Below are positions 10,640 to 20,166 of a stretch of 64,000 nt of DNA, one piece after another. The notes below the pieces were generated by a model. That model saw only the letters and a list, made by a program, of their open reading frames with translations. It had not been told where the DNA came from and searched no databases. The stretch comes from Gloeobacterales cyanobacterium (GTDB lineage: Bacteria > Cyanobacteriota > Cyanobacteriia > Gloeobacterales > PMM-0068): contig JBBRSB010000010.1 of assembly GCA_038245785.1 (NCBI GenBank), positions 60,532-124,531 on the forward strand, given 5' to 3'. Every line of letters begins with the position of its first letter. Position 1 is the stretch's first letter. The translations under genes and the position numbers were made by a program.

Positions 10640-11233
10640 ATGAAAACAAAAGTCAAACCTCAAATTTACGATGAAGTCGAGATATCTGCAGCCGTGCAAG
10701 CTAATTTCTCTGAACGTAAAATACCGAAGGGTACGGTTGGCACCATTGTGGAATGCTATGAAGATCCAGAAGGCTACGCTGTAGACCTTGCCCTTCCTAA
10801 TAAGAAACTTGTTGGAGATTTTGCTTACGAAAATGTCATTCTTGAACCCAATCAATTTGAAGTCATACGTGCGGATTCAAAAGAACCATTACTGAAAAAA
10901 GTTGAAAAGCTCAACGGTACACCAAAAAGAGAAATAGCTCGTGCTCTGGGTTTTGTGTCCAAAACCAAAACAGGCCAGGAGCGAGTAAAACTTGCTGCGT
11001 TCATGAACGCTTTGTTGAAAGCAAAGGGCGTTGAATTCGGTGTAGACTCTAAACGTGATAGACGGGGTGGACGTTCCGCCTCTTATCGTATCCAAGTCCA
11101 ACAAAATGGAAACTTGTTGATAGGTGCAGCCTACACTCGTGAACTGGATCTAGAGCCTGGTACAGAGTTTGAGATTCAGCTAGGACGCAACCATATCAAG
11201 TTAGTTAAAATTCAAGGACTACACTCCAGCTAA
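10640..11233 (+). CDS. Fusion of a DUF4926-like N-terminal domain and a cyanobacterial AbrB-like (cyAbrB) regulator domain
   Basis: N-terminal D.V......IPKGTVGTIVECY...YAVD; C-terminal GRSASYRIQVQQNGNLLIGAAYT...GTEFEIQLGRNHIKL. Confidence 0.8.
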   Translation: MKTKVKPQIYDEVEISAAVQANFSERKIPKGTVGTIVECYEDPEGYAVDLALPNKKLVGDFAYENVILEPNQFEVIRADSKEPLLKKVEKLNGTPKREIARALGFVSKTKTGQERVKLAAFMNALLKAKGVEFGVDSKRDRRGGRSASYRIQVQQNGNLLIGAAYTRELDLEPGTEFEIQLGRNHIKLVKIQGLHSS

Positions 11234-11449
11234 CGGTATAGCCCCTGTTGCTGCAATGAGTTCTGTAGCATATCTAAGTGCTGCGGCCACTTGTTCTGCG
11301 GTCAGCTCATATTCTTGCATAACTTCTTCTCTGCTCATTCCGCCTGCGAGGGAACCGACCACCATAGCCACAGGCATTCGGGTTCCTGTAATAACAGGGG
11401 CACCATGGTGAATAGTGGAATCTATGGTGATATCAGGTGCAATTTCCAT
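11219..11449 (-). CDS. DUF433 antitoxin-like protein
   Basis: I..D..IHHGAPVITGTRMPV......LAGG.S.EE...EY.LT.EQV.AAL.YA. Confidence 0.9.
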   Translation of the reverse strand: MEIAPDITIDSTIHHGAPVITGTRMPVAMVVGSLAGGMSREEVMQEYELTAEQVAAALRYATELIAATGAIPLAGV

Positions 11450-11507
11450 TTGTCTTAGAAGAAAGAGTCTCCCTCAATTTTCACACATGGATCGAAGAAG
11501 ACGGCCC

Positions 11508-12140
11508 TTAATCACCAGCCAAGCCTTTGTGAAAAATGACGGAGAGATTATTGGCAGGCATCGGAATCACTTGTTGAAGATGAAGATCATATTTTTGGGC
11601 AGTACTAATAACCTCTTCTAAATCACGAACTCCCCAACTTGGGTCTTGAGCACGCAGAGAAAGGTCAAAATCTTCGTTACTGGGAACGGTGTATTCCCCC
11701 TGTTGTTTGAAGGGGCCATAGAGATAGAGCACGCCACTGTTTGGCAAGATTGATTGAGCTCCCTGAAATAGCCCAAGACAAGCTTCCCATGGGGCAATGT
11801 GTATCATATTGATGCAGAGAATGACATCAGCATGTTTAATTTCCCAATCATCACGGGTTACGTCCAGTTGAATTGGAGAAAGAATATTGGCAGAAGGTCG
11901 CTGTTCTATCCAGCTTTCAATACTGGCTAAGTGCATTGGGTCTGGATCACTCGGTTGCCAAGTCAGTTCGGGGAAATGAGGAGCAAAAAAAGTGAGATGC
12001 TGTCCCGTTCCACTGGCAATTTCAAGCACCTGGCCCTTAGGCGGCAAAATAGTTTTCAGCACAGACAAAATCGGCTCCCGGTTGCGTTCTGTGGCCGGAG
12101 CATCTAAGCGGGCATCGGAGGTGCCAATCTTCCAGGTCAT
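11508..12140 (-). CDS. DUF938 family SAM-dependent methyltransferase
   Basis: APATERNREPIL, VLEIASGTGQH, YGPF, MPANNL motifs. Confidence 0.92.
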   Translation of the reverse strand: MTWKIGTSDARLDAPATERNREPILSVLKTILPPKGQVLEIASGTGQHLTFFAPHFPELTWQPSDPDPMHLASIESWIEQRPSANILSPIQLDVTRDDWEIKHADVILCINMIHIAPWEACLGLFQGAQSILPNSGVLYLYGPFKQQGEYTVPSNEDFDLSLRAQDPSWGVRDLEEVISTAQKYDLHLQQVIPMPANNLSVIFHKGLAGD

Positions 12141-12164
12141 ATCACTTGCCTCTGTTGATTTTTA

Positions 12165-12551
12165 TTAATTAATTAGGGGACTGCCGTGGTGATGGATCAT
12201 GTACCATCGTTCTCCCATGCGCTCAAAAATATTTGTAGCCATAGACCGCGCTTTGACTCTGCGATTACCTGCCACCTGTAAAACATTTTCAACAAGGACT
12301 ACGTAAGCAAGATTGCCATTGACTTCAACACGGGTCACTTCAGGCTCGATTTCCATGTAGCTAGTGTTGCGAAATATTTTCTCCCAGGAAGAATGAATTG
12401 CTTCCCAACCTTTGAGAACATCCCGTCCAGGATGAATACATAAACTCGCACTACCATGAGACCAGAGGTTACACATAGCATTCAGGTCTTTTTTCTCAAA
12501 AGCATGATAAAACGCCTGATTCAACGCCAAGACAGCCTGCTCTTCGTCCAT
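12165..12551 (-). CDS. SnoaL/NTF2-like protein
   Basis: N.AFY.AFE..DL.AM..LW, CIHPG, HHHGS. Confidence 0.88.
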   Translation of the reverse strand: MDEEQAVLALNQAFYHAFEKKDLNAMCNLWSHGSASLCIHPGRDVLKGWEAIHSSWEKIFRNTSYMEIEPEVTRVEVNGNLAYVVLVENVLQVAGNRRVKARSMATNIFERMGERWYMIHHHGSPLIN

Positions 12552-12735
12552 AAGGTCCCTTCATCCCGCTTGAATATCAATGTGGCACATAGAAAGGCTT
12601 CAAGGCGAAGAAGAAATAGATGTGTCACTCTGTTGCAGAACTTAAAGGCCGCACACTGGATAGCGGCAAAATAGGGACGTAACATTAAAAGACCTTCTTC
12701 CTCAACAAACGTTCGCTTCGTTAAGGTTTTATTCC

Positions 12736-13659
12736 GTGGGTCGAAAAATCGGCATTATTTTCAATGACACCAAGCTCAGTGCCACGAAGGCAGTGCATAC
12801 TACCTCCGAATGGCTATCGTCGGAAGGGTGCCAAGTCTATACCGCTACAGGCTGGGGAGGAATCCTAGGCTTTGCTAAACGGGATAGTCCTGTGTGCCAC
12901 ACCCCTATTCATGGTCTCGCCTCGGAAGGTTTCGACGAGAGTATGGAATTTGCTGTAGTCCTTGGTGGGGATGGCACCGTGCTCTCAGCCATTAGGCAAA
13001 TAGCTCCTGCTGGTATTCCTTTACTTACAGTGAATACGGGCCATATGGGTTTTCTGACGGAAACGTACCTTAGCCATCTTCAAGAAGCGGTTGCCTTGGT
13101 CATAGACGGAGCCTACGACGTAGAAGAACGGACCATGCTTGAAGTCCGTGTCTACCGTGAAGAAGGCTTACTTTGGGAAGCCTTAGCGGTTAATGAAGCT
13201 GTGGTTCATAAAGAACCCTTTACCGCCATGTGTCATTTTGAAGTGGCCATTGGCCGACATAATCCTGTAGATATTGCGGCAGACGGGTTAATTATTGCTA
13301 CTCCCACTGGTTCAACGGCCTACGCCCTATCTGCCGGGGGGCCTGTAATCACGCCCGATGTTCAAGTTATGCAGGTAATTCCCATCTGTCCTCATTCCTT
13401 GGCTGCACGGGCCTTGGTCTTTGCAGACCATCAGCCCTTAGTCGTCTATCCGCCCCTCAATCATGAAGACTTAATTCTCAACGTGGATGGTAGCTCTGGC
13501 TGCTATATTCTCCCAGGAGACCGAATCGTCATGGAACGTTCCACTCATCGTGCCCGACTAATCCGTCTCAAGCCTCCAGAGTTTTTTGAACTTCTTAGAG
13601 AGAAACTAGGTTGGGGGCTTCCCCATATCGCCAAACCGTTTTCTGTGGAACTGCCCTGA
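12736..13659 (+). CDS. nadK: NAD(+) kinase
   Basis: [27 protein letters not shown]. Confidence 0.95.
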   Translation: MGRKIGIIFNDTKLSATKAVHTTSEWLSSEGCQVYTATGWGGILGFAKRDSPVCHTPIHGLASEGFDESMEFAVVLGGDGTVLSAIRQIAPAGIPLLTVNTGHMGFLTETYLSHLQEAVALVIDGAYDVEERTMLEVRVYREEGLLWEALAVNEAVVHKEPFTAMCHFEVAIGRHNPVDIAADGLIIATPTGSTAYALSAGGPVITPDVQVMQVIPICPHSLAARALVFADHQPLVVYPPLNHEDLILNVDGSSGCYILPGDRIVMERSTHRARLIRLKPPEFFELLREKLGWGLPHIAKPFSVELP

Positions 13660-14375
13660 TGTCTACGAGCAAAACCCTCTCGGCAGAGGCCTATCCCGCT
13701 CAAATATTTCTATTTAGTGACTCAGAGCCCAATGGACAAGCCCTGAAAGCAGCTTTGTCCAAGAAAGGTTATGAAGTTCGTCTCGTAGAGCACCGGGACC
13801 AAGGCATGGTCCTTCTTCGACAGACCCCACCCGATTTGGTGATTTTAGAAAGTTATTTTGGCCAGTGGACCGGAATAGAAGTTTGTCGCCAAATACGCAG
13901 GAGTGGCTATAAGCTCCTACCCGTGGTTCTTATGCACGCAGAAGCCTCTGTTGAAAAACGGGCAGAAGGGATTGATGCCGGAGCCAGTGATTACATTGTC
14001 AAACCCTTCACCACCGATGAACTCATGGCCTGTATTACTTCCCAACTGCGTCGCTATCGAGCCCAGCACAATATCGATACTATTTTGCGCTGTAACGACC
14101 TCTCACTCAATCTGAAAACCCATGAAGTACTACGCAACAAGCGTGCGCTTGAACTAACGGGAAAAGAGTACGATCTTTTGAAATTTTTGATGCTTCATCC
14201 CCGTGAAGTTCTCCGCCGCGAACAAATCCTCCAAGAAGTCTGGGGAGAAGATTTTACAGGAGAGTCCAATATTATTGAGGTCTACATCCGCTATTTGAGG
14301 CTCAAACTGGAAACAGAAGGCGAAAAGAAGTTAATTCAAACGGTGAGGGGCGTAGGGTACGTTTTAAGAGATTAA
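13659..14375 (+). CDS. nblR: NblR-like OmpR-family response regulator
   Basis: Receiver plus winged-helix domain (SNIIEVYIRYLRLKLE, IQTVRGVGY); TGATG overlap with the NAD kinase stop, matching typical nblR synteny. Confidence 0.75.
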   Translation: MSTSKTLSAEAYPAQIFLFSDSEPNGQALKAALSKKGYEVRLVEHRDQGMVLLRQTPPDLVILESYFGQWTGIEVCRQIRRSGYKLLPVVLMHAEASVEKRAEGIDAGASDYIVKPFTTDELMACITSQLRRYRAQHNIDTILRCNDLSLNLKTHEVLRNKRALELTGKEYDLLKFLMLHPREVLRREQILQEVWGEDFTGESNIIEVYIRYLRLKLETEGEKKLIQTVRGVGYVLRD

Positions 14376-14379
14376 ACAC

Positions 14380-15063
14380 ATGCATCTGCTCATAGCCTGT
14401 GCAGGCTCCGGTACGCGCATGGGAGCCACCATCAATAAACTTTTTTTAGAAGTATGGAATAAACCAATCCTTGCTTGGACGCTTTTAGCGGCTGAGCAAG
14501 CTGTTTCTGTGGAATGGATTGGGTTGATTATGCAACCGGAAGAGAAAAAAACGATTGAAGCCATTCTCCATCAACATCCACTTCATAAACCTATCGTTTT
14601 GATTGACGGTGGAGCAACCCGCCAAGAATCTGTATATCGGGGTTTATTGGCTCTGCCGACCGGAACAGAGAAAGTTTTAATCCATGATGGAGCGCGTTGC
14701 CTTGTGACAGACGAGTTGCTAGACCGTTGCAGCCAGACGCTAGAAAAAGTTTCAGGATTAGTCGCTGCGATTCCTGTTAGAGATACGATCAAGGTTGTGG
14801 CAACAGCTACTAGAGCCATAGAACAAACACCTCCGCGTGAGAAACTTTGGGCAGCACAGACTCCTCAAGGTTTTGATGTAGCCCTACTCAAAATGGCCCA
14901 TGAAGAAGCGATTCAAAAAGGCTGGGAAGTCACGGATGACAGCATGCTGTTAGAACAAATGGGATATACCGTAGTTGTGATCACAGGAGAAGAATCTAAT
15001 TTTAAAATTACAACGCCTCTAGATTTAATAATTGCCGAGATGCTCTTGAAACAGCGAGTTTAG
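14380..15063 (+). CDS. ispD: 2-C-methyl-D-erythritol 4-phosphate cytidylyltransferase
   Basis: AGSGTRMG, GGATRQESV, IHDGAR, AQTPQGF, KITTP.DL. Confidence 0.95.
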   Translation: MHLLIACAGSGTRMGATINKLFLEVWNKPILAWTLLAAEQAVSVEWIGLIMQPEEKKTIEAILHQHPLHKPIVLIDGGATRQESVYRGLLALPTGTEKVLIHDGARCLVTDELLDRCSQTLEKVSGLVAAIPVRDTIKVVATATRAIEQTPPREKLWAAQTPQGFDVALLKMAHEEAIQKGWEVTDDSMLLEQMGYTVVVITGEESNFKITTPLDLIIAEMLLKQRV

Positions 15064-15251
15064 CGTCCTCACCTGTGGAGGCTGCTCTATGGCTGAACCA
15101 GCCAGCCATGACTGACCAATGCTTGCCTGAGCCACCCTTCCATAAAGATATTCAAAGGAATTCCCGAAGCAGACCCTAAGATGGCAAAATTGCCGTTGTA
15201 GGTTAAACCCTAGATCAAGTAGACCAATAAGATATACAGGGTGGAATACAG

Positions 15252-15836
15252 ATGTTAAAACGCACTATCCCATGGATGTTGCTAGCAGGATTAGCCTTGA
15301 GCCTAGGCGCTTGTGGTGCAGGAGGCAACGATAGCGCAGAGGCCGAAAAAGTGTTGACCCCTGCTGAGATTGATAAAAAAATTACGCGGACGGCTGAACA
15401 GAAGAACAATTCAGTAGTCTATCGAATTTTGGACACGGTCGATGACGATAAGGGTGCCCAGTGGCCCTTAGATTTTTTGAATATTTTCAAGTCTTCTGGC
15501 AAGCGCTACAACTATATTCAGCTGCGCGTTGACCCCCGTTACAACTTTGAGATTGTCGATGGCCAACCCTTAGAATTAAAAATTGGTAGCGAAACTTATA
15601 CCCTCAAAAATGATGCCAAGAGTCGCAATCGAGTGGCGTTATATTCAGTGACAGAACAATTAGATGCCTTGAAAAAAGCAGATGCTGTTTCGTTCACCTT
15701 TATGATGAAACCTGATTTTTCTCGTTCAGGGACAGAAAAGCGGACTATTGTGATCAAGAAACCTGTACTCCAAGGCTGGAGAAAGGTGGATAGTATCAAA
15801 GACCCTAATGTGTTCTACCCCTCAGCAACCTACTAG
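15252..15836 (+). CDS. Hypothetical lipoprotein
   Basis: Signal peptide with LGAC lipobox. Confidence 0.75.
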   Translation: MLKRTIPWMLLAGLALSLGACGAGGNDSAEAEKVLTPAEIDKKITRTAEQKNNSVVYRILDTVDDDKGAQWPLDFLNIFKSSGKRYNYIQLRVDPRYNFEIVDGQPLELKIGSETYTLKNDAKSRNRVALYSVTEQLDALKKADAVSFTFMMKPDFSRSGTEKRTIVIKKPVLQGWRKVDSIKDPNVFYPSATY

Positions 15837-15854
15837 TTCTTCACCGAGACTTTT

Positions 15855-16061
15855 ATGACCCTTGACACCACAATCCCCAGTACCCGCATCTTTCAGCGGC
15901 TCATTCAAGAGCAAACAACCGTAGAGATAAAAATCATTACGGATGAGTTGCTGATTGGCAAAATCAAATGGATAGACCCCGATTGCTTTTGCCTCCTAGA
16001 CAACTTCAATGTAGAAATCTACATTCTTCGTAGCGCCATTTGTTATGTCAAACCCAAATGA
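15855..16061 (+). CDS. hfq: Cyanobacterial Hfq-like RNA chaperone
   Basis: DT.IPS.R..Q..I.....VEIK..T...L.GK..W.D...AI.Y.KP Sm-like pattern. Confidence 0.85.
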   Translation: MTLDTTIPSTRIFQRLIQEQTTVEIKIITDELLIGKIKWIDPDCFCLLDNFNVEIYILRSAICYVKPK

Positions 16062-16777
16062 GACTAGAACAGATTAAAGCTTCGCTTCAAGGAGGTTTGA
16101 TTGTTTCTTGTCAGGCCCCTAAGGATTCACCTCTGCATGACCCCCAGGTGATCGCTGCCATGGCCCTTACCGCGCAGAAGCGAGGGGCTGTTGCTGTGCG
16201 TATCGAAAGCCCAGAGCATATCCAGGCCGTGCGCCGAGTGGTGAGTATCCCGATCATTGGTCTGTGGAAGCGGACTCATCCTGGTTCGTCCGTGTACATC
16301 ACGCCTACTTTTGAAGATGCCCAAACCGTTGTAGAAGCTGGTGCAGATATTGTTGCTCTAGACGCTACAGAAAGGCCTAGAGTCGATGGGTCAGTTATTC
16401 AAGAATTAATTCCAAAGATTCAAGAAAAATTATTCGTTCCAGTGATGGCGGATATTGCTACGGTTGCAGAAGGAAAGCTTAGTGCAGAGTTAGGAGCCGA
16501 ACTAATCGGAACTACGCTTTATGGCTATACGGAAGAAACCCAAAATTGCACTCCTCCAGGATTTGATCTCCTGCAAACATTGGCGACGCAACTTTCTGTC
16601 CCCATTATCTGTGAAGGGGGAATTGCTACTCCTGAAGAGGTGACTATGGCCTATCAGTTGGGTGCTTTTAGTGTAGTCGTAGGTACAGCAATTACAGGGA
16701 TGGATGCAAGAGTAGCCGCTTTTTGCAAAGCTACCCTTCGCGCTCAAACTACATCCCATTCTCCGAGAAACGAATAA
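16058..16777 (+). CDS. nanE: N-acetylmannosamine-6-phosphate 2-epimerase
   Basis: GGLIVSCQA, PIIGLWK, YITPT, GTTLYGYT, VVVGTAIT. Confidence 0.93.
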   Translation: MRLEQIKASLQGGLIVSCQAPKDSPLHDPQVIAAMALTAQKRGAVAVRIESPEHIQAVRRVVSIPIIGLWKRTHPGSSVYITPTFEDAQTVVEAGADIVALDATERPRVDGSVIQELIPKIQEKLFVPVMADIATVAEGKLSAELGAELIGTTLYGYTEETQNCTPPGFDLLQTLATQLSVPIICEGGIATPEEVTMAYQLGAFSVVVGTAITGMDARVAAFCKATLRAQTTSHSPRNE

Positions 16778-16949
16778 CGTCCATTTTGGAAAATTGCCAT
16801 CCTCCCGAAGGAGAATCTACCGGAAAACCATTGGGGCGAATGACCACGAAGGAGCCACTGTTACGGTCGTCGGGGTCCACGCTGTAGCCCTTAGCTCTCA
16901 ATTTGCGTACTGCCTGCTGGAACAAGCGGTCTAACACTTGGCTCATCAA
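16749..16949 (-). CDS. Small hypothetical protein
   Basis: 66 aa ORF with plausible composition, co-oriented with ycf51. Confidence 0.5.
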   Translation of the reverse strand: MMSQVLDRLFQQAVRKLRAKGYSVDPDDRNSGSFVVIRPNGFPVDSPSGGWQFSKMDVIRFSENGM

Positions 16950-17052
16950 TCTGACCGAACAGTAGACTATTTATAGTCCGTGTACCAGAGGCTAAAGGTA
17001 TCACACTCTGGGACTCAGAACCTAGAATCCGCACTCTTCCTAGATGATTCTC

Positions 17053-17595
17053 TCATCTTCTTGGATTTTGATTGAGTTCTGGATGCGCATTGAGGATCTT
17101 TTGTACTTCTACAAAACCTTCTTTATTCAGTGTAAATTTGTCAGGCTTTCCATTATTTAAATAACTTTCACTCTGCAGAGTTCCCAGCGGGATAATTTGA
17201 CTGATTCCCGGCGCAGGACGAACTAGTGTACGCCCTTCAATAAGCGGCCCTCGACCTTCTTGGAGAATGCGACCCGTAGTGAAAGAACGGCTGGCTACTT
17301 GTTTGAGGGTGGCTTCCAACTGTTCTGGTTTAATTGTACGTTCGAGTCGAACTACAATCCGGTCACTGCCCTGATCATAGAGAATGTCAAATTTCTGAGC
17401 ACCAGGAATCCCTGGCCGAGAAATAGGAAACAGGCTCAAAGCGAATAATCCACCTGCTAGCACGCCCAAGAAACCCGTGGTGCCAACGGCCTGAAACCGC
17501 CACGGGGTCTTACGGACTAAGCCGAAGATGACCGCTAAAGTCGTGAAGGCCATTAGTCCGAGGGTAATCAAGGTTCCGGTGCGAAATAGTTCCAT
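17053..17595 (-). CDS. ycf51: Ycf51 (DUF2518) family protein
   Basis: RFQAVG.TGF..VL.GG.FALS, IPGA, YD.G, QLEATL.Q. Confidence 0.75.
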   Translation of the reverse strand: MELFRTGTLITLGLMAFTTLAVIFGLVRKTPWRFQAVGTTGFLGVLAGGLFALSLFPISRPGIPGAQKFDILYDQGSDRIVVRLERTIKPEQLEATLKQVASRSFTTGRILQEGRGPLIEGRTLVRPAPGISQIIPLGTLQSESYLNNGKPDKFTLNKEGFVEVQKILNAHPELNQNPRR

Positions 17596-17703
17596 AGCCG
17601 TCGAGAGGGTTACTTACTTAGCATACGTCCGAAGCGCAAAACCCACCGTGAGTTAGGATCAGAAGAGAGCAACCTTGAATGCTCCAGTAGTTAGGGATGT
17701 CCT

Positions 17704-18817
17704 ATGGAACTATTTGAACTCAAACAAGCAACGACCGAACTCCGTGAGCGCCTGGGTAAAACTCAGGACTATCTTTGACCTGCCCAAACTCAAAGACCGT
17801 ATTCATGATTTAGAGCAGCGTATCAGTGCCCCCGATTTTTGGGATGACAATAATCAAGCTCAGGCGATGATGCAGCAGCTGAGTGACCTAAAGACGCCGC
17901 TAGAAAGCTATCAGCGTTGGTGTTCGACCTTAGAAGATACGCAGACGGTTTTGGAATTATTAGAAGAAACGGGGGATGAATCCCTGCTGCCTGAAGCCGA
18001 GCAAAACGTCCAAGTGCTAAAGGCAGAACTGGATCAGTGGGAGCTAGAGCAACTTCTGAGTGGCCCCTACGATGAGCGAGGGGCTATCTTGACTATCAAT
18101 GCAGGGGCTGGCGGTACTGATGCTCAAGATTGGGCGGAAATGCTGCTCAAAATGTATACGCGTTGGGCGCAAAACAGAGGCTATAAGACCAGTTTGGTCG
18201 ATATCTCAGAAGGCGGCGAAGCAGGAATTAAATCGGCAACGCTGATTATCGATGGCCGCAATGCCTATGGTTTTCTAACCGCAGAAAAAGGCAACCACCG
18301 CATGGAGCGCATCAGTCCTTTTAATGCCGCAGGTAAGCGTCAGACTAGCTTCGCCTCCGTGGAAGTGATGCCCCTAATCGATAACACCGTCAAAGTAGAC
18401 CTCAAACCCGAGGATTTGGAGTTTGATACCTCTCGCTCTGGGGGCGCAGGCGGACAAAACGTCAACAAAGTAGAAACAGCCGTCCGTGTCACCCACAAAC
18501 CGACTGGGATTGCTGTCCGCTGTACCCAACAGCGTTCCCAACTGCAAAATAAAGAACTAGCGCTCGCGATTCTCAAAGCCAAACTGCTGGAACTTGCCGA
18601 GCAAAAGCGCAAAGAAGAACTAGCTCAAATCCGTGGAGAAATTGTAACAGCAGGCTTTGGGGGCCGCATTCGTACCTATACTTTTGACCCTTACCAACTG
18701 ATTAAAGACCACCGTAGTAATGCAGAAACTAGTAATGTTGGCAGTTTCATGAATGGGGATGTAAAAGAAATTGATGAGTTTATCAATACCTATCTCCGGC
18801 AACAAAAGGAGCTGTAG
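17704..18817 (+). CDS. prfB: Peptide chain release factor 2 with a programmed +1 frameshift at CTT-TGA-C (17773-17779)
   Basis: ORF0 [27 protein letters not shown]; the +1 frame carries the SPF and GGQ motifs. Confidence 0.96.
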
Positions 18818-18961
18818 CAGCTAATTGAAACTTTCTTAATAGGTAGCTATAAATTGTTTGTGTCAAACCTTTTTAAGAGCATAAAAAATCTTTACTTAAA
18901 AATTTGGGTTCAGTAGCAGATATAAACTCTTTAGACAACACCCAAAAGAGCTGTTCTCCTC

Positions 18962-18996
18962 TTGACGATTCCCATTTTGTTAACTACTGTTAAGAG
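18962..18996 (+). promoter_or_regulatory. Sigma70-type promoter of the hli gene, overlapped by an HLR1-like direct repeat
   Basis: TTGACG-17 nt-TACTGT; GTTAACTA-ct-GTTAAGAG resembles the RpaB HLR1 site. Confidence 0.45.
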
Positions 18997-19034
18997 AGAT
19001 GAACTTATTATCATTTATTCTTTGGAGCGAAGTC

Positions 19035-19187
19035 ATGACCAACAATACTCAGTCTGAAATTAAGTTCGGATTTACCGAATTTGCAGAACAGCTCAATGGT
19101 CGGCTTGCCATGATTGGTTTCGTTTCTGCTCTCATCGTCGAAGCTATTACAGGTCAGGGCATTCTTGCTTTCTTAGGTCTTAAGTAG
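19035..19187 (+). CDS. hli: High-light inducible protein (HLIP/SCP)
   Basis: [19 protein letters not shown] chlorophyll-binding motif; GGAG RBS before ATG 19035. Confidence 0.95.
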   Translation: MTNNTQSEIKFGFTEFAEQLNGRLAMIGFVSALIVEAITGQGILAFLGLK

Positions 19188-19290
19188 ACCTTCTGAAAGC
19201 AAAAAATTGGGGGCTAGTAGCCTCCTTTTTTTTATAACTTAGCAACGATTTTCGCTAAAAATCTTACCACTGAAGGCACGGGTAGAAGCT

Positions 19291-20166
19291 CTAGCGCAAG
19301 AATGCTATCAAGGCTTGATTCACAGTTTCAGGAGCTTCCTGCTGCACCCAATGTCCACAATCAGGCAAACGAACTTCTTGATAAGTGCTGTCTACGTACT
19401 TGTTTAGATCTTTTACTGTCTCAGGCAGAACAGCAAAATCTTTTTCGCCATAGATAAAGAGAGTTGGGACTTTGACGGGGTCCTTGTATTTCTGGAGTTG
19501 GTTATTTAAACCTAAATTCGCCCGATAGTAGTTAATCTCTCCGGTCAAGGCTCCTGGTTGAGCGCAGGCTTCTTTAAAAATCTGTACATCTGCTTTAGAG
19601 ATAGTCCCTGGTTTGGTCGAGGGATGCAAAAAGCCCTGTTCCACAAAGCGATAGTTGTCTAGACTCATCATTAATTCAGGCAAGATTGGTACTTGGAAGG
19701 CCGCAATGTACCAACTGGCCTGGAGTTGAGCTCCCTTCATATTTTCTAGAAAAAGTCGAGGATGAGGAATCTGGAGGACCGCCAGTTTCGCTACTCGTTC
19801 TGGATGAAGTAGCGCTGTGGCCCAAGCGACCATAGCCCCCCAATCATGACCGACGAGATAAAACTGTTCGGCCTTATAGTGGTCTGCCAGAGCAAGAACA
19901 TCCTCTACTAGGTACTCTAAGCGATAGGCCGATATATCCGAAGGTTTTTCACTAAGGTTGTAACCCCTCAAATCAGGAGCTACAACCCGGAAGTGTTCTG
20001 CTAAGGCCGGTAGTTGGTGACGCCAAGCATACCAACATTCAGGAAATCCATGCAGCAGTAAAACCAAGGGCTTCTCATCGTTATGTTTGGCCCTAGTTCC
20101 CTCAAAGCCCTGTGTAGCAACATGGAATCGAAGATGATTGGCAATGATTTGGCGGTGATGCATCAA
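19291..20166 (-). CDS. Alpha/beta hydrolase (epoxide hydrolase-like)
   Basis: LLHGFPE.W, GHDWGA, HWVQQE. Confidence 0.92.
   Translation of the reverse strand: MMHHRQIIANHLRFHVATQGFEGTRAKHNDEKPLVLLLHGFPECWYAWRHQLPALAEHFRVVAPDLRGYNLSEKPSDISAYRLEYLVEDVLALADHYKAEQFYLVGHDWGAMVAWATALLHPERVAKLAVLQIPHPRLFLENMKGAQLQASWYIAAFQVPILPELMMSLDNYRFVEQGFLHPSTKPGTISKADVQIFKEACAQPGALTGEINYYRANLGLNNQLQKYKDPVKVPTLFIYGEKDFAVLPETVKDLNKYVDSTYQEVRLPDCGHWVQQEAPETVNQALIAFLR

Noticed and set aside
17675..17703. ORF-track N-terminus of prfB (MNAPVVRD...)
   Set aside because: An artefact of the +1 frame. The real start is ATG 17704, upstream of the CTT-TGA-C shift site.
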